A DNA stretch of 64,000 bases. Source: an uncultured virus (IMG/VR IMGVR_UViG_3300037070_004147) (Duplodnaviria; Heunggongvirae; Uroviricota; Caudoviricetes). Below, one piece after another: positions 58,903-64,000 of the stretch. Made by a program: the position numbers and the translations under genes. Location of the stretch: the IMG/VR virus record IMGVR_UViG_3300037070_004147. One strand, 5' to 3'. Within the stretch, counting starts at the first letter, position 1. Every line of letters starts with the position of its first letter. The notes beneath the pieces are model-generated. The model did no database searches and was not told the DNA's origin. It worked only from the letters and a program-made list of their open reading frames with translations.

Positions 58903-59252
58903 TCGCTCAGCCTCTGCTGCGCGGCCGTGAAGATCTCCCTGAGGTGCGGCTCCTTGGCCACCATCTCTCGTCGCTGCTGGCGATTCTTGCCCTGCATCTT
59001 CATAAGGAAGTATGGCCGACAATCGAACAGACGGCAAAGGAACGGGCGTATGGCATAGATGGTGCAGCCTCCCGGCCCGAGGTACCGGCACTCTCGTCGG
59101 CCGTCCTCCCGCGCCGCCATCATGATCTTACCGCCGACCACCTCCGTTTTATAGAGAGAAATGTCGTCGCCCTGGTCGGGCAGCAGCAAGATCTGCTCCT
59201 GCTTGCAGCAAGCGCGGCAGCCGTTGCATTTGAGCGGCGGAAGGTCGATCAC
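58899..59252 (-). CDS. YkgJ-family CxxCxxCC protein
   Basis: CNGCRACC..CRYL..CTIYAIRP..CRLFDC. Confidence 0.85.
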   Translation of the reverse strand: MIDLPPLKCNGCRACCKQEQILLLPDQGDDISLYKTEVVGGKIMMAAREDGRRECRYLGPGGCTIYAIRPFLCRLFDCRPYFLMKMQGKNRQQRREMVAKEPHLREIFTAAQQRLSE

Positions 59253-59653
59253 GGCACACCATCCGCTGTCACCGCCTGGATGAATTCGTCAAAAGTCCGG
59301 CGACGCAATCCCTTCCAGTCTCGCCATTCGTTGTACACATCGAAGGCCGACTTATCCCAAGTCTCTATCTTCCTGGCCTCCCTGGATATCCTCGACACCT
59401 CTCCATCGCTCAAGTCGTCTATGGTCTTGGCCATGCGATCAATCTTAGCTTTCAGCGTGTCTATCTCATCGTGCAGACGCAGGCACTCCATGGCAAGAGA
59501 CTCGTCCCTGACTGCCGCCTTGGCCGCGTCCGACAGCTGATAGGCTGGCACCCCCCACTGCACGGCAGAGCATCCTGTGCAGCCAAGGATGTGCTCCATC
59601 CCCTTAGTGGGATAGCGTACGCTGAAGTCGTGGAAGTGCTCTTCACTCGCCAC
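59249..59653 (-). CDS. hypothetical protein
   Basis: Coupled ORF with CxxC. Confidence 0.55.
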   Translation of the reverse strand: MASEEHFHDFSVRYPTKGMEHILGCTGCSAVQWGVPAYQLSDAAKAAVRDESLAMECLRLHDEIDTLKAKIDRMAKTIDDLSDGEVSRISREARKIETWDKSAFDVYNEWRDWKGLRRRTFDEFIQAVTADGVP

Positions 59654-59921
59654 GCGGCGTCTCCCAGGTCACGACGGCAGGGGCGGCGTACCAGCCTTCC
59701 TGCTTGCAGTCTTGGATTTCATCTCCGTTGTAGAACATCGCCTTGCCCCAGGCTTCGTACTCGTCCTTGGCCCTGCCGGCCCAAAACACCCCCCGCTCGT
59801 TCACGACCACCCAGATAGGGACGGTGGTTTGAACGGACGGCGTGCGGTCTCGTTGGTGCCAGTAGCGGTTGAATTCGTTTAAGTTTGATTCGATTGAGCC
59901 AACATCAGGAGTCTCAGACAT
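59643..59921 (-). CDS. hypothetical protein
   Basis: 92-aa ORF. Confidence 0.55.
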   Translation of the reverse strand: MSETPDVGSIESNLNEFNRYWHQRDRTPSVQTTVPIWVVVNERGVFWAGRAKDEYEAWGKAMFYNGDEIQDCKQEGWYAAPAVVTWETPRGE

Positions 59922-60006
59922 TCCCCGGTCTTCCTTTACGATTGCAGGTTAGACTTGAGGCCAAGGCAGCCCCAGAAAACAGCGAGAAACACGATAAATA
60001 GCAGCA

Positions 60007-60681
60007 TCATAGCACCACCTTCTGTTCTACCGCGGCGCACGCTTCGCCGTCGCTTCTGATGAGTTTGTCCATGTCAGAATATGTCACCCACGCGCGACCG
60101 TTCTGGCCCCATCCGGGACCCCAACTTTGACGCATCCTGAAGGCACCCAGGGTGCCGTCCGGATTGTGTCGCATGAGATTGACCCCGACCAGCAACCACG
60201 CATGGCCGCCCTCGACCGAACCCGTGGCCGTGATGTAGCCATCACTCGTCGGCGTGAACATATCCAGATACCAGTCGGTTCCCACCACCACGGGGCTCGT
60301 AGTCAGGATATGCTGCGCGACGGTGTCGGCATTAAGCGCCCACTGGTAGCCAGAGACATAGCCGCGCTCCTTGAGCACCTTAAAGCCGGCTCTGACACTC
60401 GTCCCTTCGTAGTCTTCGCCTTCCCACTCGTCTACGCGCTGGCAGGCATCGTAGAACTCCTTGAAGTCGATCGCCTTGTTGACGACCGGATGCGCCGTCA
60501 GAAACCCGATGCTCGAGTACGCGACGCACTGAGGCGTACGTCCTTGGTCCAGAACCGGTCCCGGCGTCATCCACGACCGGAACGTCCGCGTCGTCTTTGG
60601 TGGCGCCATGAGGTGTCGGCGATCCCGAGGGTCGGGAGCGTGGAGCCGGCCGAGGCCGGCGAGGGAGTTTGTCGTAGTCAT
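60007..60681 (-). CDS. papain-like (C1) cysteine peptidase
   Basis: VLDQG..CVAY, GGHAWLLVG, QSWG..WG..G. Confidence 0.88.
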   Translation of the reverse strand: MTTTNSLAGLGRLHAPDPRDRRHLMAPPKTTRTFRSWMTPGPVLDQGRTPQCVAYSSIGFLTAHPVVNKAIDFKEFYDACQRVDEWEGEDYEGTSVRAGFKVLKERGYVSGYQWALNADTVAQHILTTSPVVVGTDWYLDMFTPTSDGYITATGSVEGGHAWLLVGVNLMRHNPDGTLGAFRMRQSWGPGWGQNGRAWVTYSDMDKLIRSDGEACAAVEQKVVL

Positions 60682-60866
60682 TGTGCTGGTCCCGGATTGG
60701 CGATCAGATCCATCATATCTTTAACGTCAGCTTCGCAGTCGGCAAATCCTGTGACTGTCTGGGCGCCGACGCTCGTGGAGATGACGACGACAAATGCCCA
60801 CTTCCCGGAGGAAGTCTTGGTCCATCGTGCGGTTGAATTGAATGTTGGCCGGCAATGCATGATCAT
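60678..60866 (-). CDS. hypothetical protein
   Basis: RBS AAGGAGCCAA; coupled to the peptidase. Confidence 0.6.
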   Translation of the reverse strand: MIMHCRPTFNSTARWTKTSSGKWAFVVVISTSVGAQTVTGFADCEADVKDMMDLIANPGPAQ

Positions 60867-60897
60867 CTCTTTGGCTCCTTTTTAAGTTCCCGGTCAT

Positions 60898-61125
60898 TCA
60901 TGGCGTGCCTGTTTGACCGGACGTTCCCGAGGGGGTGACGAAGGGCGGCGGGCCTTTCCGGGGGCACGTCACGCTCTGGCACGTCTGCTCGCTAGTAGGC
61001 GGACAAATGCAGCCTCGAGTCGGATAGCTGGAATAGCATTTAGCACGCACCATCTTGCATCCATTCGCGGTGCAGTCCGGATCCGAGCACCAGCACATGA
61101 CGCCATATCCGCCGTCGCCGATCAT
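60898..61125 (-). CDS. Cys-rich small protein
   Basis: CWCSDPDC..GCICPP..C..CP. Confidence 0.5.
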   Translation of the reverse strand: MIGDGGYGVMCWCSDPDCTANGCKMVRAKCYSSYPTRGCICPPTSEQTCQSVTCPRKGPPPFVTPSGTSGQTGTP

Positions 61126-61252
61126 TCGATTCCCGTGAGGTACAGGTACATCAGAGTGAAGGCGCAGACGAAGGCGACAATCAGCCACAGAACTTGTGAG
61201 TCGGTCAGCGGCCCCGTCTGCTGCATGGCCGCGGTAAGCATTGCATCTTCGC

Positions 61253-61456
61253 TCACTTCTGCCTCCGCTCAATCATTGCGTCGGCTTGGCGATATGCAAG
61301 GTCTGCTGCGGATAGGGGGCTACCCCTAAGCGCATTGTCTGAGAGGATACCATTGAGCGCCTCCCCTGCGAAATAGTCGCGCAGGCTCATGCGGTAGTAG
61401 TGATGCGCTCCGGTCACCGACGACGGGAAAGCAGGGATGCTTGTGTCATCGCTCAT
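61253..61456 (-). CDS. conserved phage hypothetical (MSLRDYFA family)
   Basis: PAFP..MSLRDYFAG..AY..ADAM. Confidence 0.75.
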   Translation of the reverse strand: MSDDTSIPAFPSSVTGAHHYYRMSLRDYFAGEALNGILSDNALRGSPLSAADLAYRQADAMIERRQK

Positions 61457-61770
61457 TTGCCGATCTTCCTGTGCTCGACCCGCACTCCTTTGCCTAGCGC
61501 GGCCTTGATGCCCTCAAGCATGCCCGGCGTGATTCCGTAATCAATGTAAACGGCGCAGATTTCCGCCACCTCGTACCACGCTACGCCGGCGTTGATTCCG
61601 CGCTGTCGCTGCTCGGGCACCTTGTCATCTAGTACCTGCGTGTAAAGCAGGTGGCTGGCGAGCGGAGCCTCATCCCCGCGCTCCAGGCTGTCAAGGAGAC
61701 AGCGTAGAGCGTACGTCTGGTTGAGCGCAACGTCCCCTGCGAACGGGGACTCGATGATTACACGCTTCAT
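61453..61770 (-). CDS. DUF4406-like (nucleoside deoxyribosyltransferase-like fold) protein
   Basis: VIIESPFAGD..APLASHLLY..GITPGM. Confidence 0.7.
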   Translation of the reverse strand: MKRVIIESPFAGDVALNQTYALRCLLDSLERGDEAPLASHLLYTQVLDDKVPEQRQRGINAGVAWYEVAEICAVYIDYGITPGMLEGIKAALGKGVRVEHRKIGK

Positions 61771-61952
61771 AGCGACCCCACAGTCTTATCGCGATCGTCT
61801 TTATGCATCAGCTGTCGCACATCGTATCTAGCGGACAGAAGAGTTTCGCGCACATTGTCCAGGGCCAGAGCTTCTGCGGCAGATGCTGCATTATAGATTT
61901 GCCGGTCCAGCTTGTCGGCATCGATTTGCTCTGCGGTACGGTATTCTTTCAT
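61767..61952 (-). CDS. hypothetical protein
   Basis: Coupled ORF. Confidence 0.55.
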   Translation of the reverse strand: MKEYRTAEQIDADKLDRQIYNAASAAEALALDNVRETLLSARYDVRQLMHKDDRDKTVGSL

Positions 61953-62131
61953 TTACCGCACGCCATTCGAGTATGAAGTATTGCCGCCTCAATAGAGGCT
62001 GCCTGACATACAGCCGCTGCCATCATGAACAGTCCGAAGCTTAGCGTGGATACAGGAGCGGAGATCCCCGCGGTAACGCCGAGAACTATCGTTGCCGCAG
62101 AAAGTAAAACTGCCAGATACGCCCACATCAC
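61949..62131 (-). CDS. small membrane protein
   Basis: Two TM segments. Confidence 0.55.
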   Translation of the reverse strand: MMWAYLAVLLSAATIVLGVTAGISAPVSTLSFGLFMMAAAVCQAASIEAAILHTRMACGK

Positions 62132-62328
62132 GCCTTCTCCTTTTTCACGATGCTATCCAGCCATTGATTCGTAACATCTTTCACATTGCGCATGTCCGCT
62201 CGAACCGCATCCATGTCGTCATAGAGGCGGCCGAGGCAGTTCTGGTACACCGCGCTCTTGATCCGGATCCCGACATCAAGCCATTCGATAAGGAAAAGCT
62301 CCTCCCAGGCGCTCATTCGAACCTCCAT
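62128..62328 (-). CDS. hypothetical protein
   Basis: Coupled ORF; start may be 62316. Confidence 0.5.
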   Translation of the reverse strand: MEVRMSAWEELFLIEWLDVGIRIKSAVYQNCLGRLYDDMDAVRADMRNVKDVTNQWLDSIVKKEKA

Positions 62329-62528
62329 GCGGCATTGCCGGCGGCTTCGCCGAGGGGCGTGTCTTGGAATGCCTGCGCCACCGTAACTAGCTCCTTCCAG
62401 ATCATCATAACAGCGTTTTGATTCTGGTCGAGCAGGCTGCCGCCTTCCATGACGTCACGGAACTGATCGGCCACCATGCCGCCATGCTTATGCGAGATGA
62501 CGGCGTTGAGGATGTCGGTGTATGTCAT
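62313..62528 (-). CDS. hypothetical protein (71 aa)
   Basis: ATG directly after cassette RBS. Confidence 0.7.
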   Translation of the reverse strand: MTYTDILNAVISHKHGGMVADQFRDVMEGGSLLDQNQNAVMMIWKELVTVAQAFQDTPLGEAAGNAAWRFE

Positions 62529-62582
62529 CAGTTTGGCTCCTTCTGATGACTCCAACCTACCGCCACGCGTTGCCTACGTCAA
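62529..62582 (-). promoter_or_regulatory. promoter-operator-RBS cassette, copy 5
   Basis: TTGACG-N17(GCAACGCGTGGC)-TAGGTT..AGAAGGAGCCAAAC. Confidence 0.85.
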
Positions 62583-62771
62583 CGATTCGTTCGCCTTCAC
62601 CAGCATATAATTGGCGCGGGCCTCGAGGGTGTCGGCGGCATGCCGCCACGCCATGATCTGACCCTTGCGACCAGAGGCGTCCTCAGCCTCAGCCTCATCG
62701 GCCCTAACCCGCATCTGGGATGCCATCTCAAACAGCTTAGCTACAGCCGCTGGCGATGATGTGGCGATCAT
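62574..62771 (-). CDS. hypothetical protein
   Basis: 65-aa ORF. Confidence 0.5.
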   Translation of the reverse strand: MIATSSPAAVAKLFEMASQMRVRADEAEAEDASGRKGQIMAWRHAADTLEARANYMLVKANESLT

Positions 62772-62989
62772 GGTTTGCTCATCCCTTATTCCCTATACCC
62801 TGGGTATATCATCGTCCTAGAGGATTCTACCCCTACCCGCTTATATCCCGCAACATTCGAAAACGTGAACGGATGTGCCCTTTTGTACAATTGCCATGGG
62901 CGTTGGGATAGGCGTATGTTAAATCGCGTTCATGCGAATCACAGCCACGTTTTCGTCCCTCGTTTCCGTAGGCTGGGATTATCATGATC

Positions 62990-63065
62990 GGCCCCGCGCG
63001 GATGGGTCGTAGCTGTTCCAGAAAGAGCGGCGCCCCCTTCGATTCATTTTCCGCGCGGGGTTTTT
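62990..63065 (+). ncRNA. putative structured small RNA or terminator
   Basis: Three stacked helices with G-U pairs, ending in TTTTT. Confidence 0.45.
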
Positions 63066-63085
63066 GAGGGCCGCGGTGGATTGAG

Positions 63086-63466
63086 TTGATTACGCCCGTC
63101 ACTGAATGTCCCATCGGCCCCGGAGGCAGGCACTCATTCCAAGACGACGGATTATGTGAGTTTTGCGGATCCATGCCACTAGCGGAGACAGCGGAGGACA
63201 GCGAGATGGCGGAACTACGCAGTGAAGTCATCGCGCTCAAGGGACGGGAGATTGTGCTGGAAGCTCTGTTAGCCCGCGTGCTGCGTGCCACCCAGGGCGA
63301 TGAGGACTCAGACGCCTTGCTCATGATGCCCACCGACATGAAGGTCCTAGAGATGGCCTTGCGTCGCGTTCGCGACGGATTCGATTCGGGAGCGACGGCC
63401 ACGCTGCAACTTATCTCAGAAATCAGGGGTGCCCTAAAGGATCTAAACGACGGCATGGAGCGTTGA
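63086..63466 (+). CDS. hypothetical protein
   Basis: 126 aa, C/H-rich N-terminus, helical body. Confidence 0.6.
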   Translation: MITPVTECPIGPGGRHSFQDDGLCEFCGSMPLAETAEDSEMAELRSEVIALKGREIVLEALLARVLRATQGDEDSDALLMMPTDMKVLEMALRRVRDGFDSGATATLQLISEIRGALKDLNDGMER

Positions 63467-63497
63467 GCGCACAAGGAAGCTCAAGGGAGCCCATCAC

Positions 63498-63671
63498 ATG
63501 AACATCGACAGCGACACAATTAGCTTCATCCTCTTGGCGTTCGGGATGGCCGCGGTGGCGGTCTATCTCACTTCCAGTGTATTTTGCGCCGTCTTCTATC
63601 GAGATAGGAGGGACGTCGATCAGATCACGATGGGCGTCTTCCTGGCAACGGTGCTCGCGTTTCTATTGTAA
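63498..63671 (+). CDS. small membrane protein (57 aa, not in ORF track)
   Basis: GGGAG RBS, two TM segments. Confidence 0.55.
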   Translation: MNIDSDTISFILLAFGMAAVAVYLTSSVFCAVFYRDRRDVDQITMGVFLATVLAFLL

Positions 63672-64000
63672 TTTCCCCTAGACTCAGTTTTCGCCGCTTG
63701 TTAAAGTGCTCCCATCTTATACCCGACGCTACTAGTCGGGATAATCCTTGGGGTTTGTACCAGAGTTGCCTAGGAGTCTGCTCGCTCCGAAAAAGATACA
63801 GGCGATCCCACGTTCCCCGGAAGCCGCCAGCCTTGATCCCGCTGGTAACTTTGGCCTCCTCAGAAAACGGGTTGGTGACTGGCGGGAAAGACCGCGCTCA
63901 TTACCATAACGGTCCATACTTCTCCATTATCAGCCAAAGGGCTGGAAAGAATACTGCGCAAAAACCGCAGAATATCGCTGCGCCGTAGGCTTCTGATGCG

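Overview
About 60% GC segment of a tailed dsDNA phage (siphovirus type), most likely infecting an alphaproteobacterium (inferred from gene families). The + strand carries morphogenesis and lysis genes: terS, terL, prohead protease-capsid fusion, HK97-type portal, head-tail genes, tail tube, a -1 frameshifted chaperone, tape measure, tail tip, several fibres and a GH19 endolysin. Two accessory virion modules built on 21-aa EAADT repeat proteins and a glycosyltransferase sit among the head genes. Two - strand early-type regions (9.0-13.6 kb and 53.7-62.8 kb) hold five tRNAs, a 2OG-Fe(II) oxygenase, a UvrD-like helicase, SprT-like and papain-like proteases and many small ORFs. Best candidate for an undescribed system: about ten - strand genes share an extended Shine-Dalgarno (AAGGAGCC, often GAAGGAGCCAA or longer), and five of them sit behind a sigma70-type promoter carrying a GCCACGCGTGGC-type palindrome. 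An intergenic hairpin at 55508-55554 displays the exact antisense of that SD in its loop, just downstream of a putative DNA-binding protein gene, which suggests a combined operator and anti-SD sRNA regulon. Second candidate: poly-proline fibres with a prolyl-hydroxylase-like enzyme and a glycosyltransferase. All family calls come from motif recognition by eye; no searches were run.
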